From: Acutalibacteraceae bacterium
GTDB taxonomy: Bacteria; Bacillota; Clostridia; Oscillospirales; Acutalibacteraceae
Direction of reading: 5' to 3'
DNA: 64,000 nucleotides
Assembly: GCA_045578085.1 (NCBI GenBank)
Contig: JAZNJO010000063.1
Coordinates: 275 to 64,274 of the forward strand
Each line of letters opens with the position of its first letter. Within the stretch, counting starts at the first letter, position 1. Below are positions 25,834 through 34,539 of this stretch, one piece after another. Below the pieces are notes generated by a model. The model worked only from the letters and a program-made list of their open reading frames with translations, was not told the origin of the DNA and made no database searches. Made by a program: the position numbers and the translations under genes.

Positions 25834-26381
25834 TGTCCTGCCTCCTTCTCAAAGGTCTGCCGCAGGGCGACGAGTAGGCTCTGAAGATCGTCCAGCCAGT
25901 CCGCACGCAGCACTCCCTGTCTGGGTAAGATTATCGCTTCCACCATCAGCCCTTGCTTGGCCACGATATACACGTTCCCTCGCCCATCCGTCCTTTCATA
26001 CAGCATACAGTCACCGTTTTCTCCCGGTTCCAGCGGTTTGATGTACTTCTGCTCGATGAACGTCACGCCGGCACTGGTGCGCAAGCTAACCAACGGCATT
26101 CCGATGGGCTGCATCTGAATCTTTTCATAGAATACCGGCTGTTCCTGTCGGACCACGTCTGCAAAACACAGGTGTATCGGTAGCGCACCCCGCTCCTCCA
26201 CCTTCACTTTAGCGGACAGCGAGTATACCGCCCGCACCGCCTCCTCGTTCATATGGGGCATTTTGAGCAGCGGCCAACAGGCGTATCCGTCGGAGATCCA
26301 TTGCATATCCCCGTCCTCATACAGAATCAGGTTCCCGTCCTTCTTGCATAGTTCGATCACTTTTTGATAGTTAATGCTCAT
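25830..26381 (-). CDS. Hypothetical phage protein (183 aa)
   Basis: Trimmed to MSINYQKVIELCKKDG.... Start/stop codons overlap with the neighbouring genes. Confidence 0.5.
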   Translation of the reverse strand: MSINYQKVIELCKKDGNLILYEDGDMQWISDGYACWPLLKMPHMNEEAVRAVYSLSAKVKVEERGALPIHLCFADVVRQEQPVFYEKIQMQPIGMPLVSLRTSAGVTFIEQKYIKPLEPGENGDCMLYERTDGRGNVYIVAKQGLMVEAIILPRQGVLRADWLDDLQSLLVALRQTFEKEAGQ

Positions 26382-26680
26382 ACTGCGTATCCTTCCTTTC
26401 TCATTTGCTCCACCGCCTTGGGGTATCCCAACCACTGGCCGGTGATTCGTTTGTGTTCTGCCTGCCAGGCGCCGATGGCCTCCAGCGACACCGGCTTGGC
26501 TTTGGCCTGTTCCATCTTGCGGCGGGCCTCCTCATGGCGGCGGTGCCGCTCCGGATAATCCATTTCGGCCATTCCTCTGTCCCGGCAGTTCTGGTTGCAG
26601 AACATAGCCTTGCTGGAATAGCACGCAAACACCGCACCGCACACGATACACACCGCCTTCTGCGGCTCCCTCGGTTTCAT
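26378..26680 (-). CDS. Small Cys-rich (zinc-ribbon-like) protein
   Basis: CIVCGAVF...FCNQNCRDRG. 100 aa. Confidence 0.5.
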   Translation of the reverse strand: MKPREPQKAVCIVCGAVFACYSSKAMFCNQNCRDRGMAEMDYPERHRRHEEARRKMEQAKAKPVSLEAIGAWQAEHKRITGQWLGYPKAVEQMRKEGYAV

Positions 26681-27252
26681 CCCGTATCACCCACCCTTTC
26701 TTTTACAAGGTTGTTTCTTATCTCCCAAAACTCGTCTAAACAAGCATTCCAGCCCTTGTTGTATTCTTCATTTTCTACGCATTTTTCGTTTAAACGGGGC
26801 GGTCTGCAATTCCAAAACTCTTTGATTGCTTCGGATTTGATTTCACTATACATTTTGCCAATGTAGGCAAATTGCTTGTTTTCTTTCTGCAACCTCTCAA
26901 TCTCTGCATTTTGGCTTTCGTTTTCCTTTTCAAGCCTTTCGCATTCAATATCAAGGTAACGGAATTGTTGTTGCAAATCTTCATACTCTGCCTTTGTAGA
27001 AGTCAAATCGTTTTGCAAAGAAGCTAAATCAGAAGTCAAATTTGAGTTCTCTGCTTGTAACAAATCAATGTGTGCTTGTCTCGCCTCATTCTCTGCTTGC
27101 AGGTGGTTGATTAGGTCAAGGGCATATTTCATTATTTTTTCGCCCCCTCTTATTGGCGAGTCACACTCTTTATCAATCGGACAACCATTTTCACAACCAT
27201 AACTTCCGCTACTGCAACACTCCAAAGCCTTAATAATCTCGTTATCGGTCAC
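26677..27252 (-). CDS. Coiled-coil protein with N-terminal Cys cluster (AT-rich gene)
   Basis: 191 aa. ECCSSGSYGCENGCPIDKEC, then long heptad-like LQAENEARQAHIDLLQAENSNLTSDLASLQNDL. GTG start overlaps the upstream stop (GTGA). Confidence 0.5.
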   Translation of the reverse strand: MTDNEIIKALECCSSGSYGCENGCPIDKECDSPIRGGEKIMKYALDLINHLQAENEARQAHIDLLQAENSNLTSDLASLQNDLTSTKAEYEDLQQQFRYLDIECERLEKENESQNAEIERLQKENKQFAYIGKMYSEIKSEAIKEFWNCRPPRLNEKCVENEEYNKGWNACLDEFWEIRNNLVKERVGDTG

Positions 27253-27356
27253 TTAAACCACCCCATTCTGTCACACAACCAATTCATTACCAACGGCACA
27301 ACAACACCGCCAAGCACGATAGAAACAATGACAACTAACATATCACCCATACTCAT
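27249..27356 (-). CDS. 35-aa hydrophobic peptide (below ORF-track cutoff)
   Basis: Own translation: MSMGDMLVVIVSIVLGGVVVPLVMNWLCDRMGWFK. ATGA overlap with the upstream stop and GTGA overlap with the downstream start suggest translational coupling. Confidence 0.35.
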   Translation of the reverse strand: MSMGDMLVVIVSIVLGGVVVPLVMNWLCDRMGWFK

Positions 27357-27676
27357 TCTCCTTTCGGCGGTTGGGGCAAGGGCATCCAATGGGTGACATT
27401 TACAGAACACCCCTCCACTAAAAACAACTTGTATTCGTACCTTCCGACAGCCATCGTGTTTTTTGCGTGTTGCGTAGGATTGAGGTTGTTTTTAGCATAC
27501 TGTAATAAGACGAACTCACCGGCTTCCGGCAACCTATCCTTGACCGAAATCCACTCCTGCACCGTTACGCCGTGGGCGATAAGATAATCAGCAACATCGC
27601 CCCAAGTTCTCGCTCCAGAACGCTTGTCAAGTTCTTTAATCGCACTTCTAAACAAACATATCAGCCTATCTCTCAT
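27353..27676 (-). CDS. DUF551-domain phage protein
   Basis: C-terminal WISVKDRLPEAGEFVLL...VTHWMPLPQPP is the DUF551 signature. Confidence 0.6.
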   Translation of the reverse strand: MRDRLICLFRSAIKELDKRSGARTWGDVADYLIAHGVTVQEWISVKDRLPEAGEFVLLQYAKNNLNPTQHAKNTMAVGRYEYKLFLVEGCSVNVTHWMPLPQPPKGE

Positions 27677-27870
27677 TGTCTGCCCTCCTCAATTACCTCT
27701 AAACAACGGGTTCCTTTTCGTGTTTCGCCAGTTTTGCGATTAAGCCAAACTTGATATTGTGAATAATATTTAGCGAAACATTTACAAAATCCATTACACT
27801 CCTCATAATGCTCAACCCACTCGCCGCAAAAGGGACATTGGTGCTTAACTTTCCTAATCATTGTCTGCAC
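27673..27870 (-). CDS. Small zinc-ribbon protein (65 aa)
   Basis: HQCPFCGEWVEHYEECNGFCKC. Confidence 0.45.
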   Translation of the reverse strand: MQTMIRKVKHQCPFCGEWVEHYEECNGFCKCFAKYYSQYQVWLNRKTGETRKGTRCLEVIEEGRQ

Positions 27871-28051
27871 CGTCCTTTTCGTAGCATTTAAATGTGCTAA
27901 CCTCTGCCATTACGCCGAATACCGCACCAAAATATTTAATAAAACTATCTCGGTCAATGTTGTGCTTGTCTGCGCAATCAATCAAGTCGTTTAATGTTTG
28001 CTTAATAATCTCGTTCAATTCGACAAATTCAGCGTCTTTTAAGTTAGTCAT
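27854..28051 (-). CDS. Hypothetical small phage protein (65 aa)
   Basis: ORF in the operon frame. AT-rich. No motif recognised. Confidence 0.4.
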   Translation of the reverse strand: MTNLKDAEFVELNEIIKQTLNDLIDCADKHNIDRDSFIKYFGAVFGVMAEVSTFKCYEKDGADND

Positions 28052-28353
28052 TCACCATCACCCTTTCCGTCCATCTTTGCACCGCAATTGGGGCAGTACG
28101 CCGATTTGATTTTTTGGTTTGCATACTGGGTGCGATATACTTTTTTGTGACAAACGGAACAATACACACCCTCGTTTGCACACTCGTCAAGCAAAAACCA
28201 ATGTCCGTGCCGTACCTCTACCACATCGGCTTTGTTTTTGAAATGCACACATTTTTCGTTCTCGTTCCCAGTATGGTGAAAAATGCAAATATCATAATGT
28301 ATGCAATCCTCGCAAGTCACTTCACGCTCGATATATTCAGCCATCTGTTTCAC
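28048..28353 (-). CDS. Cys/His-rich small protein (about 100 aa)
   Basis: CEDCIHYDIC...CSVCHKK...CPNCGAKM. The true start may be the ATG at 28344. Confidence 0.45.
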   Translation of the reverse strand: MKQMAEYIEREVTCEDCIHYDICIFHHTGNENEKCVHFKNKADVVEVRHGHWFLLDECANEGVYCSVCHKKVYRTQYANQKIKSAYCPNCGAKMDGKGDGE

Positions 28354-28492
28354 CCTTTCCGTCCGCTCTCGCCCCGCAGGCTTTGCACTCCTCCGGCGGC
28401 ACGGCGTTCTCCACCGTCACCGTCAGCGCCCCACAGTCAGAGCACACGTACCCGGGCAGCACATCCGCTCCGGTCTGTTTAATCCACTCCAT
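28337..28492 (-). CDS. 51-aa zinc-ribbon peptide (below ORF-track cutoff)
   Basis: Own translation: MEWIKQTGADVLPGYVCSDCGALTVTVENAVPPEECKACGARADGKGETDG. Overlaps both neighbouring genes. Confidence 0.35.
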   Translation of the reverse strand: MEWIKQTGADVLPGYVCSDCGALTVTVENAVPPEECKACGARADGKGETDG

Positions 28493-29474
28493 CCTGCGCC
28501 ACCTCCTTGCATTTGACTGCTAACTGCTCAAAATACGCGGCAAGTGCAGTCCCGGTACGGGCGGCCTTGTCACCGTCGGCCTGTCGGATCTGTTCGATCT
28601 GATGCAGCAGATTGTTGGCGGTCTCCTGGAGTTGGGCAAAGTAAATATCCACCGCACGATAGTCACCGTCAGCCGACACCACGGTGCTCTCGCGGACACG
28701 TCGCATCTCATCGTTGTGCTGCGCTGCCATCTCCCTGCGGACCCGCTCCTCGATCTCCGCTTTTTCCTTTTCGGCCTGGGCGGCAGCCTCCTTGGCGGTA
28801 GATAGGTCTGCCCTCACGGCGGCCGTTTCCTTCTCCAGTTTTTTGTTGAAGGTGGCCTCCAGCTTTGCCTTCAGCTCCTTCTCGATGCGTTTGATGATCG
28901 CCGGATCCGGCTCCACGGTGGCGGTAACGTTCACCGGCTCAGACGGCTGGCTTTTCATCTCCTCGATCTCCCGCAGCAGCTCCTTGATGGTGTCGTGCTG
29001 GCGGTCCATCTTCTCGGCCATCTCCGCCTCCTTCTCCTCAAACAGGTTGATCTGCTCGCCCCGGCGGTTGTTCTCCGCCACCAGCGCCTCAATTTCCTTG
29101 ACCGTCATGCCGGCCAGATCGTTCTCCTCGACAAATTCTTCCCGCTCCACTGGCGTGATCTCCGCCAGTAGGCTCAATTTGGTGATGCCCAGGCCGGCGT
29201 TCTCTTCCATCATCGTCTGTCCCAGCCGCTCTAGGGTGGAGATATAGGTGTATGCCTGCCGGGCTTTGATGCCAGCCATCTCCTCAGTGTATTTGTCAAA
29301 GGTCTCCATACCCAGAGACAGATACGCCTTGGTATCTCGCATTTCCTTGAGATACCGGGCGGCGTCCACCAGGTGATGGGACGCCATCCGGTAGTTGTAT
29401 ACGATATTTTTGTGCAGCTCTTTTGCCTGCTCCTCCACACTAAGAGGAGAGTTGACATTGACCATCTTTTCCAT
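28479..29474 (-). CDS. DUF3102-like protein with long coiled-coil
   Basis: N-terminal EEQAKELHKNIVYNYRMASHHLVDAARYLKEMRDTKAYLSLGMETFDKYTEE resembles DUF3102 of Firmicutes phages and plasmids. Confidence 0.5.
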   Translation of the reverse strand: MEKMVNVNSPLSVEEQAKELHKNIVYNYRMASHHLVDAARYLKEMRDTKAYLSLGMETFDKYTEEMAGIKARQAYTYISTLERLGQTMMEENAGLGITKLSLLAEITPVEREEFVEENDLAGMTVKEIEALVAENNRRGEQINLFEEKEAEMAEKMDRQHDTIKELLREIEEMKSQPSEPVNVTATVEPDPAIIKRIEKELKAKLEATFNKKLEKETAAVRADLSTAKEAAAQAEKEKAEIEERVRREMAAQHNDEMRRVRESTVVSADGDYRAVDIYFAQLQETANNLLHQIEQIRQADGDKAARTGTALAAYFEQLAVKCKEVAQDGVD

Positions 29475-29476
29475 CC

Positions 29477-31303
29477 TTATGCGCTCCTTTTCTTTTGTTT
29501 AGGCTGTTTTGCTACCGTTATCTGCTGGCACAGCCAGGGCTTCAGTACGTCCCGCTCCCATTGTGCAACAAAGGCCAGCACCTTGGGCGGGATGCGGTGG
29601 GAATGCTCCTTGTGTTTTCCATGCCGCTCGTTTCCATAGCCGTGCAGCTGATTGCGGCGATAGGCTCCATTGTCGCCGAGGGTGTAGTCCATCGTATAGT
29701 AGCTTCTCTCCGGGCGGCGATAATGCCGCACAAAAAACACGATGACCTTCTCCTGTGTATGTCTGGACCCATAGGATCCCACACAGTGGCGCAGCACATT
29801 TCCCTCTTGCACAAGCTCATGGTTGCTCCTGGGCAGGCGCACGCACAGTTGGCCGTCTGTCCATTCCAGAGCAGCGTACTTTTCTGCTACCCGGGCAAAG
29901 GCAAGGTCGATCTTTTTATCCCGGATTGCCGCACGGCGATTGCTTTCCCGGTCGTGCGTTTCCTCCAGATTGCGGGGCCACCGCTCCCATGCGGTGATGG
30001 TCTCACCCGCTTCCTCCCGCTCGTCCAGCATATCCCACAGATCGCACAGCATTTCCGCCGATCGGGTGGGGTCCTTTTGCCGAGCGATATACCGGGCTGC
30101 CTTATCCAGCCATCCCTCATCATCCTCCCCGGCAGCATAGGCGGTCAATTTGTCCAGCGCCTCCACTCCGATGGCCCGGCGGTGGTTTTCGTATTCGGTA
30201 GCAGAGATGCGGGCGGAATATCCCCGATAGCGAGCCCAGTTTTCCAGCATTCCTACGTTCCATACAGCGGACAGTTCGCTCATTTCCTGCTTAGTCATGC
30301 CCAATTGATGCCCTGGGCGTGCCTTCGACAGATCTGCCCACTCGATACGCACCCGCCCGGAGCGATTTCCATAGTTCAGATGCCCGTTGATCTGTCCGTC
30401 GATATCTTCGGCCACTTGCCCGGAGAAGCCTGCTTTCAACAAATTCTCAATATATGGATGGCGCCTCCACTCCTGCATATAGGCCACCGGAAAGCCGCCG
30501 CCGGACAGCAGATATTCTTCCAGCCCGGTTTTTTCAGCGGTGGTCCCGTCCAGCGACGGCACTTGATCCCACATCAGTCCGCCAACTTGTTTGTGGTTGA
30601 CGGCGTCATAGTTGTAGTAGAGGGTCAGAAAAGGATCGTCTCCTACCGTTCGTGCCCGCTCCCAGCACGGAAGGTCGTATGTGCCTCCGTAGCTATTCTG
30701 CTTCACGTGATTATACTGGTGCAGGTTCCCCTTCTCCGTCACCACATACGCTCTTGCGGGACGGATATCTGTCAGATTGGTAGCTCCGTAGATTACACGG
30801 CGATACAGCCAGGTATAGATCACTGCATAGGGGCCAATGCTGCCCACGTTGCCCAGCATGATCTGGAATGTCCTTCCGTTCTCGATGGATGCCTTGTGGA
30901 TCAGTTGCACACCACACTCGCAATAAGGACAGTTGAGCGTCTCTCCCTCCGGAATGTTGATCGCATACTCGTCGTCCGGTGCTACATATCCGGGCCACCA
31001 TCCGTTTTCTTGTAACGAGATGCGTATACCTTTCATCCGAGCCCTCGGGTTGCTGGCCCAACCCGTCTCAAAGGTCTCGCCGCACAGGGTGCAGGTGCAC
31101 ACGGCTCCGTGACGGGGTACCGTCCGGACCGGTCCGCACAGAATGTCCTCCGGCGAAGCTGCTTCTTTCGGATCCGGGACGTAAACCGTGTCCCGATGAA
31201 ACAGCAGATAGTCTTCTCCGATATCCACCATGGTCTCAGCCCAGTCCCACAGTTCCCGGGGCGGCTCAGTGGGCAGATAGCGAACGATGTCTTGAAGCGT
31301 CAT
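29477..31303 (-). CDS. PcfJ-like protein (608 aa)
   Basis: C-terminal QEGNVLRHCVGSYGSRHTQEKVIVFFVR matches the PcfJ-like domain core. The N-terminus has a CxC...C cluster. Confidence 0.6.
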   Translation of the reverse strand: MTLQDIVRYLPTEPPRELWDWAETMVDIGEDYLLFHRDTVYVPDPKEAASPEDILCGPVRTVPRHGAVCTCTLCGETFETGWASNPRARMKGIRISLQENGWWPGYVAPDDEYAINIPEGETLNCPYCECGVQLIHKASIENGRTFQIMLGNVGSIGPYAVIYTWLYRRVIYGATNLTDIRPARAYVVTEKGNLHQYNHVKQNSYGGTYDLPCWERARTVGDDPFLTLYYNYDAVNHKQVGGLMWDQVPSLDGTTAEKTGLEEYLLSGGGFPVAYMQEWRRHPYIENLLKAGFSGQVAEDIDGQINGHLNYGNRSGRVRIEWADLSKARPGHQLGMTKQEMSELSAVWNVGMLENWARYRGYSARISATEYENHRRAIGVEALDKLTAYAAGEDDEGWLDKAARYIARQKDPTRSAEMLCDLWDMLDEREEAGETITAWERWPRNLEETHDRESNRRAAIRDKKIDLAFARVAEKYAALEWTDGQLCVRLPRSNHELVQEGNVLRHCVGSYGSRHTQEKVIVFFVRHYRRPERSYYTMDYTLGDNGAYRRNQLHGYGNERHGKHKEHSHRIPPKVLAFVAQWERDVLKPWLCQQITVAKQPKQKKRSA

Positions 31304-31305
31304 TG

Positions 31306-31647
31306 TCAGACACCTCCCAACAGCTCCGCAATGGATACGATCTTACCCGGTGGCTGTTCCTTCTGCTGGTCGCCTGCGCCCGGCAGGCCATAGAACTCTC
31401 GCAGGATCCGCTCCGCTTCTTGAGGAGGGCAACATCCCTGGTTGCCCTTTTTATTTTTCCGGGCATATGCTTCGATTTTCCGCTCTGCCTTTGCCAACGA
31501 CATCTCCGGAACCTGCAGATCTTGCTCCAGTAACGGTATGCACGCAGGCTCCTTGAGGCACATATCCTTTAGTTGTTCTCCGACCATCCACACAGCAGTC
31601 CCCTCATGCCCTCGCTGCTGTTCGGTGATTCTCTCATAAATGTCCAT
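31306..31647 (-). CDS. PcfK-like protein
   Basis: Trimmed to MDIYERITEQQ.... LAKAERKIEAYARKNKK...PQEAERILREFYGL resembles PcfK-like proteins, which pair with PcfJ. Confidence 0.5.
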   Translation of the reverse strand: MDIYERITEQQRGHEGTAVWMVGEQLKDMCLKEPACIPLLEQDLQVPEMSLAKAERKIEAYARKNKKGNQGCCPPQEAERILREFYGLPGAGDQQKEQPPGKIVSIAELLGGV

Positions 31648-31813
31648 CCTTCCCATCCTTTCCGTTTTTGTGTGTACACGTACATTCGCCATGCTTCCAG
31701 CGCCGGCATCCGGCGCACTGCTTTTCCTGTTGTCGTTCCGCATACAGCAGTACGCCGGCGGCGCCGATCAGCAGCCCGCCCAGCAGAGCCATCACAAAGG
31801 TGTATGTTTCCAC
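31634..31813 (-). CDS. Small membrane protein (59 aa)
   Basis: GTG start behind AGGAGG. ETYTFVMALLGGLLIGAAGVLLYA, then a Cys-rich tail CAGCRRWKHGECTC. Confidence 0.4.
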   Translation of the reverse strand: METYTFVMALLGGLLIGAAGVLLYAERQQEKQCAGCRRWKHGECTCTHKNGKDGKDGHL

Positions 31814-31830
31814 TGGTCCACCTCCTTCCC

Positions 31831-32625
31831 TCAATTCCTCATCCTCACTCGGCGACATATCGCCACATATATAGTCTCCTGCACCGGCAGGCCGTTCTCC
31901 TCGCTCACACCCTCAAAGCTGGCGTTCTTGTCTATGTAGTACCCCTTGCGCTGGGCCGCCTCCTTGCGCCACTGCTTGGCGTCGATGATCTCCACCACCG
32001 GCTTTGGGTGGATCAGGTTGCGGCTTTGTCGGTACCTACGTTTGCATATGGCGCCCGTATCGTTTCGGCTCTTGTCGGTCTCCTTGATCAGATACTCCGC
32101 CAGCTCGCCATACTGTCCCGAATCGTCCAGCGGCGACCAGGGAAAACGCAGATGCAGCGGCTCTCCCCGTTCCCGCTCCTCCTCTGTGTAATAGGTCTCT
32201 GCCAGCAGCCGCTTCCACAGCCGTTTTACCGGCTCCATCCCACCCGGCAGGTTGGGGATCACCATGTGATGGTGGATTCGCTTGTGCTTATATTCGGTGG
32301 GCTGCACGTATTTCAGCTCCACCCCGTGCTCCTTATAGAGCTGCCGCAGCCACCGTAAAAACTTGTCCATATCCCGATAGGCTTGACCGGGTGTGGGAGG
32401 TTTGCTGTTGGGATAGGTGAATATGGCGTGCCAGTCCCCCGGGTTAAAGTTGGCGTTGAGGGTTCTCCGCAGCTCCGCTATGGCATTGCGTCGGTTGACC
32501 GCTTCCTGTGCTTCGCTGGTGGTGCCGATGTTACCCCCCCGCGGAATCTTCTTCCCATAGCGTGCTGAATAGGTCTTTTTCACCTCCACCGTCCGGCCGG
32601 CTTTCCACGTCTTCCGGATATACAC
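31831..32625 (-). CDS. HUH-superfamily rolling-circle replication initiator-like protein
   Basis: Three motifs in canonical order: WHAIFTYP (motif 1), KRIHHHMVI (HUH), GELAEYLIKE (Y-x-x-K). GTG start behind GGAGGGAG. Confidence 0.55.
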   Translation of the reverse strand: MYIRKTWKAGRTVEVKKTYSARYGKKIPRGGNIGTTSEAQEAVNRRNAIAELRRTLNANFNPGDWHAIFTYPNSKPPTPGQAYRDMDKFLRWLRQLYKEHGVELKYVQPTEYKHKRIHHHMVIPNLPGGMEPVKRLWKRLLAETYYTEEERERGEPLHLRFPWSPLDDSGQYGELAEYLIKETDKSRNDTGAICKRRYRQSRNLIHPKPVVEIIDAKQWRKEAAQRKGYYIDKNASFEGVSEENGLPVQETIYVAICRRVRMRN

Positions 32626-32739
32626 GCTTCTCCCTCCTCTCCCGTCGGTGATCTAATACTCTTAGCAAGGCCGCAACAGGGGGCGGAAATCCCCCTGTTT
32701 TCGCGGTCTTTTTCGGTTTCCAAGGTGTGCAAAAAGCGG

Positions 32740-32768
32740 TTGATTTCTCACCGCTTTTGTGCTATACT
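32740..32768 (+). promoter_or_regulatory. Near-consensus plus-strand promoter inside the minus-strand early operon
   Basis: TTGATT (32740-45), 17 nt (ending TGc), TATACT (32763-68). Confidence 0.5.
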
Positions 32769-32775
32769 TTTTGTA

Positions 32776-32854
32776 GCGGCAAAGCGCCGCCGAGAGGATC
32801 CCATCCCCTCTTGACCAGTCCCGACGGAACAGCCCTTCCGTCGGGGCTTTTTTT
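32776..32854 (+). ncRNA. Candidate about 80-nt countertranscript RNA antisense to the rep leader
   Basis: Promoter at 32740-68. No ATG. Internal hairpin GCGGCaaagcGCCGC. Terminator CCCGACGGAAcagcccTTCCGTCGGG followed by GCTTTTTTT (32820-32854). Confidence 0.4.
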
Positions 32855-32858
32855 ATGC

Positions 32859-33185
32859 TCATCGGTAGGCCTCCACCAGTGCCTCCACGCTGTCGTAGAC
32901 AGGCTTCCCGATATAACGGCAATAGACGGATTCCAGCGTGGCGCCGTTGGACCCTTGCCATCCGGGCAGCATCACCACCACGTCCGCCACGTCGATCATA
33001 GCAAAGCAGATTCGCATATACTGCTCGGTGGTCATTCCCTCCGGCAGAGTGGTGGGGTCCAGTATTCGGGTCACCCCTTCCCGCACAAGACTCCATCGAT
33101 TTTCGCAAAAGGGTGCCCAATAGTCTTTGACACCAGTGATCGGCCCGGCTATATACACCACCGGTGCCCTCTTCGGATCGATCAT
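32859..33185 (-). CDS. DUF4406 / nucleoside 2-deoxyribosyltransferase-like protein
   Basis: VVYIAGPITGVKDYW...VVMLPGWQGSNGATLE is the typical DUF4406 pattern. Confidence 0.6.
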   Translation of the reverse strand: MIDPKRAPVVYIAGPITGVKDYWAPFCENRWSLVREGVTRILDPTTLPEGMTTEQYMRICFAMIDVADVVVMLPGWQGSNGATLESVYCRYIGKPVYDSVEALVEAYR

Positions 33186-33451
33186 TCCCTCACCTCCTGA
33201 TCCCAGCAGGCTTCGCAGCCCCTTATCATCGTTTCCTCGTCGGTCTCAGGGTCATCAATGGCACAGGCTTCGCTCTTGGTCGGCCCACCCGTTTTCACCA
33301 ACCCCATCGCAGTCAACTGCAACAGCACCACCGCAGCGCCCAGCCAATAGGCCCACGCCACGGCATCCGCCTCGATGCCCATCACCACCAAAAAGCTCAG
33401 CGGCAACGTTACCAGCAGGATCCCTGCCGCGATTTGCTCAGATGTCTTCAT
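33182..33451 (-). CDS. Membrane protein (89 aa)
   Basis: Trimmed to MKTSEQIAAGILLVTLPLSFLVV... behind AGGAGG. Two or three TM helices and an acidic tail. Confidence 0.45.
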   Translation of the reverse strand: MKTSEQIAAGILLVTLPLSFLVVMGIEADAVAWAYWLGAAVVLLQLTAMGLVKTGGPTKSEACAIDDPETDEETMIRGCEACWDQEVRE

Positions 33452-33755
33452 CCACATATACCTCCTCATAGCGCACCCGCACCGGTTGGCGGGCGGCGAT
33501 CTCTTCCTGCTTGTCCATAAAGTCGTAGGTCATCAGCTGCCACGGCGTTCGGGTAGGCGGTGGACACGCCTCGGCGTATTTGGCCACCATCTCTCGGTCG
33601 AATTGCCGTCTGTCCCGCAGCGTCGTTGGGCTGTCCGGTCGTCTCCCCAGCCGTAGCTGACGCTGGGTCCACTCTCGTATCATTACAGGGTGCCGCAGAT
33701 CGGTCAGGTACCCGGCACCGTTCTCCGCCCAGATTCCTCGCAGATCTTCACTCAT
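33438..33755 (-). CDS. Hypothetical phage protein (105 aa)
   Basis: MSEDLRGIWAENG... behind AGGAGG. No motif recognised. Confidence 0.45.
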   Translation of the reverse strand: MSEDLRGIWAENGAGYLTDLRHPVMIREWTQRQLRLGRRPDSPTTLRDRRQFDREMVAKYAEACPPPTRTPWQLMTYDFMDKQEEIAARQPVRVRYEEVYVDEDI

Positions 33756-34357
33756 ACGCACGCCTCCTTTGGGTCGGTATCACAGGAGTTGTCCCGCTCC
33801 GGTTGAAATTTCGGCCGATAGGTCCACAGATCCTCCTCGGCCTTCTTCACATCAAAACTGCTATGCTCCGGGTTGGTTTGTTGCACCCGACTGCGCCTCG
33901 AAGGTAGTGTTCCCTCCCTTTCCTTGCGCTCCCAGGTGCGCACCGCCGCCTTCCAGTCTTTCATTTTGACCCGTCCCACCATCCATCCGTTGGATTCGTA
34001 GTGGTCGTGGATGGCTTGTCCGTCCAGTCCGTTGCCCCGCTCCCGGCAATAGTCGTTGATCTCCTCCACCGTCGGCTTTTTGAAAGGGCCGGCGGTCTTT
34101 TTTTGCTTCGTCTTTTCCTCCGGCGCAGGCGGCGGTGGAAAATACACCAGTTTTCCCGCCGGGGTAAACCGCGCCTGCTGCTGCTCCTCTTCCGCTACGG
34201 CGGTGGCGATGGCCAGCGCCCGATAGAGGAATAGCCGTTCCGCCACGGCAGCCACCTTGGCAACAGCCAGCAGCTGCCCGTTCTCCTGGATCTCAAACCG
34301 CTCCCCTGTCTGGATCAGCCGCACATCGCGATAGGCGAATACGATGTCATGCAGCAC
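33752..34357 (-). CDS. Replication-associated protein (replisome-organiser-like C-terminal domain)
   Basis: GTG start behind AGGAGGTGA. C-terminal VEEINDYCRERGNGLDGQAIHDHYESNGWMVGRVKMKDWKAAVRTWER resembles the conserved W-rich module of phage replication organisers. Confidence 0.4.
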   Translation of the reverse strand: MLHDIVFAYRDVRLIQTGERFEIQENGQLLAVAKVAAVAERLFLYRALAIATAVAEEEQQQARFTPAGKLVYFPPPPAPEEKTKQKKTAGPFKKPTVEEINDYCRERGNGLDGQAIHDHYESNGWMVGRVKMKDWKAAVRTWERKEREGTLPSRRSRVQQTNPEHSSFDVKKAEEDLWTYRPKFQPERDNSCDTDPKEACV

Positions 34358-34362
34358 GGCCG

Positions 34363-34539
34363 TCACCTCCTCATGGCAGGCTTGCGGGGCTTTGGCACCA
34401 CCGTCATGGCGCTGCCGTCCCGTTTCAGCACCACCAGCTTGTCCGGATCGTTGCCGATCAGCAGCCACTCCTCCGGCTCAAACCCTTGGTCGCTCAGCAG
34501 GATCTTCTGCTCCCGGGTCAGTCTCGTTGCTCGTCTCAC
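34363..34539 (-). CDS. DUF6906-like small protein (58 aa)
   Basis: GTG (GTGA overlap) ...RLTREQKILLSDQGFEPEEWLLIGNDPDKLVVLKRDG. Confidence 0.4.
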   Translation of the reverse strand: MRRATRLTREQKILLSDQGFEPEEWLLIGNDPDKLVVLKRDGSAMTVVPKPRKPAMRR

